Source: Minutocellus sp. GHC0000111
Lineage: Eukaryota
Reading direction: 5' to 3'
Assembly (NCBI GenBank): GCA_977018835.1
Contig: OZ361260.1
Location: 3,658,001-3,722,000, forward strand
Length of the DNA stretch: 64,000 bases
The notes under the pieces were generated by a model, which searched no databases, was not told where the DNA came from, and worked only from the letters and a program-made list of their open reading frames with translations. Both the position numbers and the translations under genes were made by a program. Below, one piece after another: positions 11,542-24,171 of this stretch (the stretch's first letter is position 1; every line of letters begins with the position of its first letter).

Positions 11542-14353
11542 ATGACCAGCATCGCAAACGAACAACAAGCACGAGAGGCGAGATCCGCAATCTCCTCCTC
11601 CGCCGAGGCCTCTTCCGGTACCGGCATTACTACTGCCCCGCATCCCCCCTCCACCTCCCGGGCTCGATGGAAGAAGCCCAAGAGGTCCATGACCGCCTAC
11701 AGTGAGTGCATGCATGTATGTATGATGCGTTGGGACTTGCGTTGGGACTTGCGTTCGTCGTTTTTGCCCGTGAATGGCGGAGGAATTTTTAATGTCTGTA
11801 TTATTTGTCTGGTTGCGCGGAAAGGGACTGGCTTGGCTGAACAAAACTGCTGGGCTTCCTTTCAACTGACCCTGGATAACCATCTCTAACCTTCACTTTC
11901 CTGTCCGCCTGCCCATTGCATCATCAGGCTTCTTCTTTGCGGAAGAACGTTTGCGAATATTGGCCGAGCAAGAGGCTGCCCACAAGAAGAGCAACGCAGG
12001 AAATAGCGATGGGCAATCGGTATGTCCGAGCTGCGACGGAGAAATCGTCACCCGCATGCCTGCCCAAACGAAGGGGGCGTCCACTGCTTCGAGTAGCAGC
12101 ACCAGCACATCGTCGTCCAAGCCACGGTACGTGTCGTCGTCGTCCAACGCGTCGTTCACCGAAAGCAGTGCCTGCAGCAGCAATAACAGCAGCAACGGTG
12201 ACTCTTCGTCGTCGGCGGCGGCGGCGGCTCCACCTGCTGCCTCGGGTTCCGCCGGCTCGCCTTCTATTTCTGGCGGTGCACCCAAAAGGGTCTGCAACTG
12301 CACCGACAAGTCCATCGCCGAGGCGACGTCCAACCTCTCCGTCTGGAAGGGGAAGAAGAAGCCCCACGGGATGATTTCGTTTCAAGATCTCAACCAGGAG
12401 ATATCGCGGAGGTGGAAGCTCGTCAAGCCCGAGGACCTGGCGCGCTACAAGGACATGGCCAAGAAAGACACCGTCCGGTACCGAGAGGAGATGAAGGTCT
12501 ACCGGGAGGAGCAGGCCGCGGCAATGAACCTCTTCCAACAACAGCAGGGGCAGATCAATGCCGCTGCTGCTTCCACTGCCATGGGCAAGAACGAGCCTGC
12601 CCCTCAAGGTGGCAATGGTATCAACCAGCAACAACTCCTACAGGCTCAGGCTCAGGCCCAGCTTCAGAACCAGGGCGCCTCGCCTGGTTTCCCTCTCGTG
12701 ACCAACAATGACAGCTACAATCTCCAGCTGCAGGCGCAGCTCCTCCTTCAGCAGGGGCAACAGCAGGCGCCGCAAGCTCAATACCAACAGGCCCCGGCGC
12801 CGGCGCCGAGTACAGCTCAGCAGTTGGCCTCCCTGCTGCCCCCCTCACAAATTGGGCAGCAGCCATCCCCGAGCCTTACCATACTAGGACCTACCGATAC
12901 CAGTAGCTCTGACCCCGATAGTCCCAATGCCATCATCGCTATGCTCCTCCAGCTGCTGACCAGCAACAAGCCGCTGAATCAGTCGAATCAGGCTTCCAAC
13001 CCCCAAGACCAGCTCCTCCATGGGCTCCTCCGGCAGTACCTGCAGCAGCAGATCAACCAGAATCAACAGCAGCCACAGCAGGTGCAGCAGCCACAGGTCC
13101 CAGTGCCGGCTCCGGCTATGGCTCCAGCTATGGCTCCAGCTATGGCCCCGATGGCCGTGGCCCAACCACCTTCCATGGCAGCAGCTCAAGCACCCCCAGA
13201 ACCGTCGACCGCTGCCTTTGCCGCCGCACTCCTTGGCCAGTATGCGAGCAGCAGTGCAGGTTCAAGCTCGAACTCCATCGCCAGCAATTCCTCCCCGTCT
13301 TTGTCCCCCGGTGATCTACTGGCCCCAGGGTCCACCACGGCGGCCGCCCTGGCGCAGTTTGGGCTGCAGCAGCTGCAACAGATTCAGCAGCAGCAGCCAC
13401 AGTCGCAACCGCCACAGCAGGTTTTCATGCCACCCCCTTCTCAGCAGCAGCTGCAGCAGCCTCAGTCGGTATCTCTACCGGCATTGGCGGCCGCTTTGTC
13501 ATCGTCGGTGTCGTCTCCTTCCTCTTCAGCCAACTCCGTCATTGCCGGTGGGGGCTCACGAGAGTTCACCAACAGCACTGCCTACCTTCAGCAGGTGCTC
13601 GATGCAGCGAATAGGGCAGGCGATAGTGGCACCAGCGTCGGAGCTGTCGCCTCAACCTCTGCGGGAGGGCTCAATACCAACTTCAACCAGAGAGAGGGTA
13701 CTATCAGCACCACCAACGGCATCAAGGTCAAGAAGGTTCGGAAGAAGCGACGCAAAACCACCACGAGCAGCAACTCAACCGCCACCGACGAGAAGTCCAG
13801 TGATACATCCAGCGAGGCAAGCTTCAGTTCCATGTCGACTTTGGCCACCGTCAAGGATCAGCTCGAGTCCAAGGAGAGCGCCAAGGACAGCAGTACGCCG
13901 AGGACCAGCTCGGTCGTTGACAATGGCTTGTCGTTGTCTCTGTCGAAGAAACGTCAATTGGCCATCAGCGTCGACAAGGGCAATGATTCTACAAATAGAG
14001 GTAAGTCACCAACCTCCTCCAGCGATGGGCCACCAAACAAAAAAGTCCGTGTCATCGACAGCGCCGAGAAGGATGCCCTCAAGAAACAGAGCAGTGATCT
14101 CGACAGCGGTGACCTATCAAGCGCTTCTGACTGGGGTAGCAATGAGGACGCGACGAGCTTCACCAGTGACAAGCATGCTGGTACCCTCAGCGTGGTCAAG
14201 TCCAAGCGCATGTACACCAGCGAGATGTCTAGCGTCATCCCACCCGATCGGGCTCGGTCAGTGCACATCGCTTCAGCTGTGCAAAGGCCAAAACGATGTA
14301 CGAAGGAATCAAGTCCTTGTCCCCAACCTCGACGAGGTCCGTGGCGCCCATAA
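11542..14353 (+). CDS. HMG-box transcription factor, paralog 1 (exons 11542-11701, 11928-; native 3' end apparently lost at about 14237)
   Basis: Intron 11702-11927 (GTGAGT...CAG) gives KPKRSMTAYSFFFAEERLRIL; second half ISFQDLNQEISRRWKLV...RYKDMAKKDTVRYREEMKVY; Q/S-rich tail collinear with paralog 2 until SEMSSV. Confidence 0.85.
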
Positions 14354-16700
14354 GCTTGCGGACGGTAGCCTCGTCGGACATGTCGGGAACATCAAACTTC
14401 TCGATGGTACCCGGCGAAGGCATAGGGAAGGCATCGGCCTTGCTGGCACCACCCTTTTTCTTGCGACCCTTGCCGGAAGTACTAGCAGAAGCCGCCGACG
14501 CCGCCGAAGACCGAGAGACCAGCGTCGCCGAAGAGATGGAATGGCCATCGCTCTGACTATCAAACGATCCCGAGGGGGCGACGTTGACGTCAAGGGGCAT
14601 AAAGTGATTGGAGGTAGGAGGAATGCCGGCCGCCATGGCGGCGGCGCTGCTCTCGGAAGCCGCGGCGGCAGCCACGGCCTCGCGAATCTTGCGAGCGGCC
14701 TCAATCTTCTCAGCCTGGGCCTTCTCGACCATGGCGGTAAAGTCCACACCGGGGGCAAAGCGGATGCCGTCGCTCTCGGTATCGATCAGACCCAGCTTCC
14801 GTGCCGAGTTGGACCAGTAAATCTGTCGGCCAGGGGTGTTGCTGTTCGTCGATGCGGGGACAGTGTGGGCGGCGTTGGTGATATCGACGGTAGCGGCAGT
14901 AGCTCCAGCATCATCGTCGTCAGCACTGGACTCGGTCTCAGCCTTGGCCTCGGCCTCTTTGCTCTTGTCAGCATCCTCCTTGCTATCGTTGACATTGGCA
15001 CCCTCGACGTTTACAATGGGACTGCTCTCCTCCTGAGCGGAAGCGGCAACATCGTCCTCCTGGGTGGTACCACCTGCACCTGCGCCATCCGTAATCGACA
15101 GAGGAGGCATGGCCATGGGAGCACCATTCTTGATGGCCTCCAACCGAGACCGAACGTCGGGGGGCATGAAGGGACACAGGGGGAAGTGACGGCACTGCAT
15201 CATGATGATGGCCGAGTAGATGTTGGCGATCTTGTTGGGGAAGGACGTGGACTGGACGACCTTGTTGAGCCCGTCGCGGCAGAAGACGCAGCGAATACCG
15301 ACCCTGCCAGCCGTCACCTTGGACCTGCGTCCTGCCGTGGTGGTGAATTCCTGTTGGTTTGGTTGGTTAAACAAGCAAAGAAGAGGGTATCGTGTGAGTC
15401 ATGATGAAAATCAAATCAGAATCGAACGTAATGAAGATAATATAGATATCGCAGTACAATACACTCCACTCCACTCCAACACGCTCCAATTCGACTCACC
15501 TTGCCGGACTTGGACCGGGTCTTGGTCAAATTGTCCTCCTGCCCCTCGGCGACGAAGAATTCGCAGCAGTGCGCCCGCACGAAGCAGCTGACGTCGCTCA
15601 GCCAGAACCGATCCTCGGGAGTGGCCATGGGCAGGCCCAGCGGGCGGGCCGTTTCGCGAAACTTGAGGTTCTGGCCCTCGGTGGTTTGGACGCTGCCGGG
15701 ACCCAGGCCGACGGTACCACCGGTGCCACCGTTGGCGGCATTGGCGGAATCCCCCGCATCCATGGAGCCAGTGGGCATGAGGTGGGGCATCTTCATCGAG
15801 GCCAGGCACGAGGCCGTGTCGTCGACTAGATCGGGACTGACGGACCGATGCTTGAGCGTCATGAGGAACGACGCCACCTCCTCGGCTGGGAGGCGTTTGT
15901 TGCCTCCGGAAGAAGATTTGGGGCTGAGACCGCCGTTGCCTGCAGTCCCGTTGGAACCAGTACCGACAGTAGTACCGGCCACCGTGGCCGCCGCCAGCAT
16001 CATGGCATCGAGGGCGGCAGCTCCCAGAGGAGCAGTGGCATCAGTACTAGTAGCACCTGCCGTGGTCTGGGTCTGAAGCTGAGCCAGGCCTCCCACCGGC
16101 TCGACCGACTCGGGACGGGAGGGCGGAGCCGTCGAAGAGAGGGAGGGCGGGGCCGTGCTACTACTAGCAGTAGCGCCCTCCTCTGCAGAGGTGGCAGCAT
16201 TGGCCTCGGTTCCATCGTGCTGCTGCACGACGGTCTCCAGCGAGACGGCCCGGGGAGTCGGGACGCGGACGCCGGGGGGCAGGTGGGAGGGCACCACCGG
16301 CAAAGGAGGGGTGGGAGTCGGACCTCGGGAAGACGACGAGGCGGCCGCAGCAATTGGAGCCGCCGCAGCAGCAGCAGCCGAAGGAGGGGGAGGGGGCATC
16401 CCCATCATATGGTGGGGATGGTGGTACATCATCATGGGAGGGGGCATGCCGGCCGGATGATGAGGATGGTGAGGGGGCGGAGGACCGTACGGATGATGGG
16501 CAGCGTGAGGATGAGGGTGGCCGTGGGGGTGGCCGTGGGGGTGGTGCATCATGGCGAAGGGATTGTGGCCGTGAGGAGCCGCGACGGGAGGAGGAACTCC
16601 CGCTCCTGCATTGGCGTGAGGGCCGGGAGCAGGGGCAGGCTGGCCGCCATGGCCGGGAGCAGGAGGAGGAGCGGAGGCAACAACCAGGCAATGAGAATGA
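14235..16700 (-). CDS. Diatom-type Cys/His-rich repeat-domain protein (intron 15351-15499; 5' end uncertain; second domain copy truncated)
   Basis: PEDRFWLSDVSCFVR..CCEFF...GRVGIRCVFC...FP..IANIYSA..MMQCRHFPLC...YWSNSARKLGL; a second copy begins LVEVGDKDLIP...QLKRCALTEPDRVG and then stops abruptly. H/P-rich N-terminus. Confidence 0.65.
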
Positions 16701-17654
16701 GGCAAACAGTCAAAAATCGCCAGTTCGCTGCAATTTGCAACGAAATTTCGGCCATCAGAAACCAAACGAAGATCAACGATCTGTACCATGCGTCCCCACG
16801 CAGGTTTGTACTGATTCCTACGTAGAACTCACTGTATGGGTTTTTGAGGAGTTTGCGATTTATTTTGCAAGTTTGAGGTTTTGCGGAGGTATTGGAGGCT
16901 CATTCCCGGGAAGTTTAGGCTCTGGCCGTGGAAACTCAATGGCTTCTCCGATTGATTTCTCCCCGTTTTTTCCATGTGCAATGATGAAAAGTTAGGGGGT
17001 TATTGGTCTCTTTTCTTTGTTTTGGGGGATATGTCCCCATGTTTTGATTTGGCGCGCGAAAGAATGCGAGCAAGCCTCGCCTCATTCATCCTTCCAGGTC
17101 AGCCTCTCACGACGAAGCGAAGGCAAGGCGCGGCCGATGCATTCCAAGCGAAGAAGAGCAGCCGTCGCTATCTAATGCATGACTCACAAATTCAATTTGG
17201 ACGCGTTGTGATCTTTTATTTTGAGGGGTATTGAAGTATCTCGGGTTGTACCTCTCTCGTGTCGTTCGTTCGCAACTGCGCCTCTCGAGTTGGTTTCTTC
17301 CCGCCAGTTCCCGCACCTCGCCTCCCGCCACCTTTTGCTTGGCCTTCGCGGTGGGGATTTGTCCCGGTACCGCACGCAACAGCTGGCCGATATTCTGCAA
17401 TTTGGGTTGGTCTGCAGAGAGAAATTCTGGTCAAGTGATTGCCTCTGCTTTGCAACGAGCGTATATCCCAATACACGTACACGTTGCGGTGCGGTGCGAT
17501 TAATTTTGGAAGGACAGTGCAACCTGACCAAATCAAGTCAAGTCCAAGTCGAGCAGCCAGGCGGCCTTTACCTTTGTGCTGAAACAGCACACACTGAACC
17601 CACTGGGATTGGTTTGCACCTTGTCTATTGTGGACTATTAATATATATCATAAA

Positions 17655-20600
17655 ATGCCCCGTCGCAACCAGCAAGGCCGAACCGGCAAGACGAAGACGA
17701 ATGCAAAGCGGCGGCCGATCGTCAGCGACATTCCCGGTGCCGCCGAGGCCCGGACTGACGCCTTTCGTTCCGATCTGTATCTGGCTCGATTAAAATTGGA
17801 AGCCGAGGAGCAGAAGGAAGCCCAGTGCAGGAAGGCGAAGGAACGTGGTGCCTCGGAGAAGGATGATGATGCGAGTGCCAATACAAGTACATGTAACGCT
17901 GTCGGTCCGCCCGAGTACCTCATCAGCGCCACCCGCGTCCTGTCCTGTCCGTCATGTGCCCAGCACGTGGACGAGACCGAGCACCATTGCAACGACAGCC
18001 AATACAACTACGGTGACGACTCCCAGGCCATGTTCGACGACAGCCAGCACTTTATGGACACCAACGAGCAGATTGCCCGGGAGGAGGAGAGCGCTCGACG
18101 GCATCGGCAGCGCTCCCAGCGATATCCTCACATGGTCAATTTGGGGCGCAAGTCGTTGCTGATTTCATCGAAGTGCGGACGCATGTTTTGCACCGACTGC
18201 TGGGAAAGGGAGAAGAAGGAGGCTGTGGGGGGTGCTTGGGGTGGTGGTGGGCAGGGATGGCATGGTTCTACTACTGCTGGTGCTGCAAATGACGACAAAC
18301 GAAAGATACCCTGTCCCATCTGCCTGGTACTCACGCCCTCCACCTCGGTAGAAAAGCTGTGCGTAAGCGGCAGCGACGCATTGATGGGTCCCATGTCGGC
18401 CATGGGGGCGGTGCTGCTCCGGGGGATGATGATGACGTCGATGCACAACGCCAATGGTGACACTGGGGAAACTATGAGCAGGGACGATGTTCGCAGGACC
18501 GCGGGGGAGCTCGTACCTGGCACCAACTGGAGGAAGATTGGTCGGAAGAGAAGGAGCGATGCCTACGTGGATATGACTGGTGTGACGGATGAAGCTGCGT
18601 ATCAAAATATTTCGTCTGGAGATCTGGTCCAGACCAATACCAAGAAGAAGAAGGGGCGGCCTTCTTCAAAGGACAGTGGCAACGAGCGTGGGCCATCGGT
18701 GCTGCTGCCGATCAAGGAAGAGTCGCAGTCACAGGTACTTTCGTCGCATCGTAAAGCTGCCGGTGGGGTGGTGGAAGGTGAACGGTCCGATCAGGATGAT
18801 ATTGAACGACAAGAAGAGGAGGGTCCGGAGTCGCACAAGCTTCAACAGCAAGAGCAGGAGGATGAGACGATGGATCAACCTCGACCGGCATCTCCTCAGG
18901 GCGATACAAACAATGCCACCGCCGATGATGGAGAGGATACGCAGAGGTTGGACCTCGATTTATTCCGTTCCATTGCTGGTGACGGTGGTAACCTTGACGA
19001 TGACGATGATGATGATGAATCGATGGAAGTGGCCGGCGATAAAGATCTTGATCGTGCCGATGGTCCTACTACTGGTGTCGATGGCATAGTACCGAATGAT
19101 GGCCAATCTGAAGATATCGGTCGATCGGATGGTAAGGATTACTATGGCCGACGGACTGAAACTCGTGAGCAGCTCAGTTCGGAGACTACAGCGGCTCCAG
19201 CCAATTCAGCGTCGGCTGCTGATGGTAGTACTAAAGCAACTTCATCGATTGGAGATCGCAAGCCACATACCGGCACTGATCTTCTTGCCCCAAAACGGAG
19301 TCGCATCATCGACCCAGGACCTTCCAAGAAGCGCGGTCGAATGAAGCGAAGAAAAGCTGGGGCCGGTCTCAATTTGAGAAAGAACAAAGCCAAGGCTCTG
19401 GAGGAATCCCTTTCGTTTCACGGATCGCAATCTCAAGCATCAGTCTGTGGAAGTCAGAGCACTGCCGGTTCCCCGCCAGAAAAGAAGCCCTCAACGCCTG
19501 CGAAAGGCAATCAGTTCAGCTTTCGATCAGAGTCATCTGCGCCAACGTCGCAGGAGGATGAGATGCCGGTTCCCGCTTATGGTAGTGCCGACGCGGGAGC
19601 GAGTGGTAGCCAAGAGGACGGCCGTTTTGCCAAAAAGCAACGAATCGATGAAGCAGGTGTGTCCGCTGCCAACGAAAGTGCCCAGGTAGAGGCGCCATCT
19701 GACGAACGCAAGCCATCTGCGGGTTCTGCCCCTTCTGCTGAGTGTGTAGACGCTGCGCTAGATGACAAGGACACGAGTATGACAACTCCTGGATCCAAGC
19801 GAAAACACAAGGATACTATTTTTGAGACGATCGAAGAGGTCGATGATGAGATCATCGAGTTCACGGGAATGGACGGGAAGGTGGAGAAACGTCGCATCGA
19901 TCGCAGCCACGAAATCATCCCAGTCAATACTCTTGTTAGGGTCGCAAATCGAACATTTCCAGGATCGAACAAGTTGGGCGGTACTGCCATGGTCAAGAAG
20001 AGCCGTGGAAGTGTTGCGGACAACACGTTGGTTTATGATGTCGCATTTGTCCTTGGAGGACGTGACACAGGTATTCCATACGTCTATGTTGTTCGAGATG
20101 ATGCTTTTAGTGATGCGAACGAGGAGCCAAGAGCTACTCCCGGGTCTCGCCGTCGATCTACCAGGGCAGGTAGAAGCAGTTCTGCGAAGGCACAGCGTCC
20201 TACTAGCACCAACTCGTCGTCTACTCGTCGCCAGTCTCCTCGGTCCAGGCAGAGTGGGATCGAGGATGTCGTTGCACCACCTCGATATACTGAGGTTGAA
20301 GGAGATGAAGATGACGACAATAACGATTACGAGGAAGTCGAAGCTCAGGATGACGAGGGAAGAGAGGAATCTTCCCAACGCCAGATTCGAGCCGATACTG
20401 GCGCTACTGCTGCAAGTGAAGCCCATACCGGTAGGACGACGAAGAAGAAGATAGTGACGAAGAAACCAAGGCCGATGATCTCGATCTTACTGCATCTCAA
20501 ATGAGATTGCAGCAGTCACCGGCTTTGTTGCCGTTCTCGCCCTCGCAGGGACGCCCGCGAGCAGATACATCTTCAGCGTCTGCACAACTTCGCCTCGACA

Positions 20601-23600
20601 CGAATGCGGAGGGGCATGGCCCGGAGATGGAGGGTGAGGATGAGCGCAAGCACCGATCTGAGATTGCGGAAGAAGAGGAGGAGGATGAGGACAGTCAGAC
20701 GCAGTTACCACCTCAGCCAGAAGATAGCGACGAAACGGCCAAGCCCCAAACCAATGACGGTGTCGACTTTCCGGAGATGGAGAGTAATGATGAGCGCGAG
20801 CGCCGACCCGAGAGTATGGAAGAAGCAGAAGAAGAGCGGGAGGAGGAGGAGGAGGATAGCCAAACGCAGCTACCACCCCAGCCAGGAGACAGCGACGAAA
20901 CGGCCAAGCTCCAAACCAATGACTGCGTCGACTTCGATGATGACAGTCGAACTCAAGCGTCCCCGCATCTTCGTCCTGGTAATGATGAAGATATCGAGCC
21001 GTCGGAATCGCCGGCACTGTTCGGACCTGCCTCGCACGCCGAGGGAACGGCGAAGGCAAAACGCTCTGGCAGCACTAAAACACCCATTGGCACGGATCTG
21101 CGTTGTGTTGCCGAAACGACTCGGGCTACAGACAAAATGAAGCGAGATGCCACAGCTTCGCCTATAGCAGGTGCCGCTCGAAACTTGGACTCAGAGTTTG
21201 TGGCTTTAGGTGACAATGACGTTACCTGGAAGGATGGTAATACTGGGAACCAAGTTGGAGATACCAATGCCGATGATCGCAGTGTCGACTCTGACGGTAC
21301 TGAGGAGGTACCGGCAACCGAGATGCAGCAACATTCTCAAAGTCGGAGATATGCGAAATGAGCCCAGATTTACTCAAGCAGACAGATGGATCTCAACCGA
21401 AGATCAACGACATGGACTTGGACGAGCTTTATGACTCCCAGTCCCAGGTGCCCCCTACAGAGCCTCAGCTCTCCCCGGCGCTGTTCGGCAATCAGCAAAG
21501 CCCAAGTAGAAACGAGGAAGACGACGGTCGCGAGCGGAGCGATTCGTGCTCGGAGGTTCCAGCGACCGAGGCTCAAGGATATTCACAAGGCAGCCCGGAA
21601 TCGCCGTCTCAGCAGCAGAGCCAAGTCTTCGACTTTTCCGATGTGGCGCCCGATGGATGCGGCAGACCCCCCTCGACACCGTCGAGGCCAAGGCAGCAAC
21701 AGCAGCTGCCGCCTCGAGGAAATCACTTTTCCCCGAGCCAAGAGTCACTGCATTCACAGGATCCCTATGAGGTTGGTAGGGAACAGAGCGAGATGCACTT
21801 TCTCCCCTCTCAAGCCCCATCGCAGGCTCCTATCAACCCTTCTTCGTTAGGTGTACAGGGCCAGCAGGAGAGTCCGGCGGCATCTTCGGATCGATCCCAG
21901 GGGTCTGTCGACGCAACTGGTGCCTACTCTCCTACATCGCCCGATTCGCCTGAAGATTCTCTTGATCGCCACCTTGATTATCTTGAGCACGGAACACAAA
22001 CGGAATCTCAGATCGAACCGTCGCAGCACCACCCTACTAAGTCAAGATTTAGTAGCCTCAAGAAGAATGCCTCAGACCGAAGAGGTTTGCACGTGGAATT
22101 CGATATGACGGCAAAGCAGAGTACCGCCAAGAAACCAAGGTCAGCCATGGGCAATCCTGATACACCAGCGACGGGATATTCCACAACCACCGATACATCA
22201 ACAGTTCTGATCGACACCAATGGTGATGATGATCCTCTTCAAGAAACAGAAGAGGTCCCGGCGACTGAACCTCCTCCTGGCTATTACGAGTCTGAAGTCC
22301 AGCGAGATAGAACTGATTTGGAAGGTGACGAGAGCCAATTCCCAGCAACGGAAGAAATCCCAGCAACGCTTCCGCCACCTGGTTATTACGAGTCGCAGAT
22401 TCAGCGCGATAGGACCGAGCTTCGAGTCGACGACGAGAGCCAATGCCCCGGTGATGGAACAGAGGAAATACCCGCAACGTTGCCACCTCCTGGGTACGAA
22501 GAATCACAGGTCCAGCGAGACCGAAGTGAGCTGCGTGTGGAAGAAAGCCAATTCCAGGAAGATTTCGACGAGAAAAGAAATGACAACTACAAGAAGAGGA
22601 AGCGAGAAGGCTGTGAAAGTGAGGCATACGGCCTTGATGCCGATGAGGAAGAGGTGCCTTCCTCGGTACCTCAGAGCTCGCGATACAGTAGCTCGATGCC
22701 GATGGCCGATAGCGAATTTGCATTGTTGGCGCGCAAAACGAAAGAAGGCCTTGCAAGAAAAGCAGGCAGAAATGTGCAACTAGGGCCAATGAAGCTCAGG
22801 CGAGTGAGTGAGGCGGTAGCCAGAGACGATTCCGATTACAAAGACGGCGAGAACCAGGATCAAACGTTCAAGACGACGGGGCCGAAAAAGAGGGTCCTCC
22901 TACTCGCAAGAAAGTGGAAGACAATGACAATAGTGATGACGATACCGATGGCGAAGAGGACTTTGAATGCGAGCTCCGCCTCCCTTCTCAGGATAATTTG
23001 CTCGTTCCTGCTCCTTCGAGGCGCGCATCCACCACTGTCTCTGCCCACACTGCCTCCGCCGCCATTTCCGCAAAAGCCCCTCGTCCGCTAATCATATGCC
23101 ATCCAAAAACGATGACGGAAGATGAGCAGTACGCTATGCATCGTCTGCAAAATGATCTTGGTTTGTGCGATATCACCTACGCTATCGGTAATCATAACGA
23201 TGATGTGAAAGAAGGCCCAGGACGATCTTTCTTTGTTGTGCACACTCGATCGATGCCATTGCTTGACGGGACCGATGGTTCCAATGAAGCTCGCGTTTGC
23301 GATCGACCGCTAGAGTACCTCATGGCCTCGGCCTGTGGTTCATCAATTATCAGCGCCGACTGGCTGGTGAATTGTAATAGGAGGAATCGATGGCTTGATC
23401 CTAAGCCGTTTGCTGCTTGGGGAGATAGTCAGTCTTATGCTCGTCTGGAGGCCCAGCATTGTCCACCGGACTGGCTGGTTTCGTCGTTCAAGGGAGCCGG
23501 TATCTGTAGCAGGTCGCCAATGATTCGAGCCCTGATTGAACGTGGCACGATGTCACCACTTCTTTCTTCCTTTGCTGTAATTATTGTTCCAACCAACAGC

Positions 23601-24056
23601 AAGGATCAAAGCAGCAGCTCATGCGATGGCGTCGGCAATTTTGAGCTGACAACGGAACAGCTTCGACAACTTACCTTGGCACATGGCGGCACGGCCATCG
23701 AAACTGGCGAAGAACAATTGTGGAGGAAGCCCTTGAGCAGCACCAAGGGGATCGTCATCGTTCCGAATTCCTTTGAGTGCGTCAGCTATGGCGCCATATC
23801 GTCATTTCTAATGCCCTGGATGTTGATGAACTCATCAATTATCCCCGATACGGCGAAGATTGAACTTTGTCCTCGCAGCGATGCCATTGGGGAAGTGTGC
23901 AGTACGCAGCAATCTCAAACGGCCAGCAGCCAGGATCGTGGGGGTTTCAAGAAGCTGCCGATCATTAGAGCTCGGTGGTTGGAAGATAGCGCAGCAGCTC
24001 TGCGAAGGGCTCCGCTCAAAGACTACTGCCTCGGCTACATTTGCTTGGACGAATAA
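17655..24056 (+). CDS. BRCA1/BARD1-like protein: split RING, Tudor/SH3-like segment, SQ/TQ-rich repeats, tandem BRCT; three apparent frameshifts (about 20432, 21340, 22851)
   Basis: CPSC...SKCGRMFCTDC...CPIC; BRCT1 RPLEYLMASACGSSIISADWLVNC; BRCT2 LTTEQLRQLTLAHGG...PIIRARWLEDS...LKDY. Four overlapping ORFs join by 1-nt shifts with continuous acidic composition. Confidence 0.7.
20620..20940 (+). repeat. Two-copy coding repeat (PEME..DER...DSQTQLPPQP.DSDETAK.QTND.VDF)
   Basis: Direct repeat visible at both DNA and protein level. Confidence 0.8.
22245..22560 (+). repeat. Three-copy coding repeat (TEE[VI]PAT.PPPGY.ES..QRDR..L...ESQ)
   Basis: Three diverged copies in the 21358-23091 ORF. Confidence 0.8.
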
Positions 24057-24171
24057 AAAAAATCTAATAGAATCTCGCTACTACGTAGTAAGCCATCACT
24101 GCAGTATTTCTTTGCTTCCATCGCCCCTCCAAGGGGCAATTGCTTTACCTGCCAGCTGTACCACCGCTTCT

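Noticed and set aside
13020..15404. 794-aa plus-strand ORF and similar long shadow ORFs (3458-4513, 4523-5521, 15848-16825, 41277-42476)
   Set aside because: They are off-frame or antisense shadows of GC-rich, low-complexity genes and contain no domain motifs.
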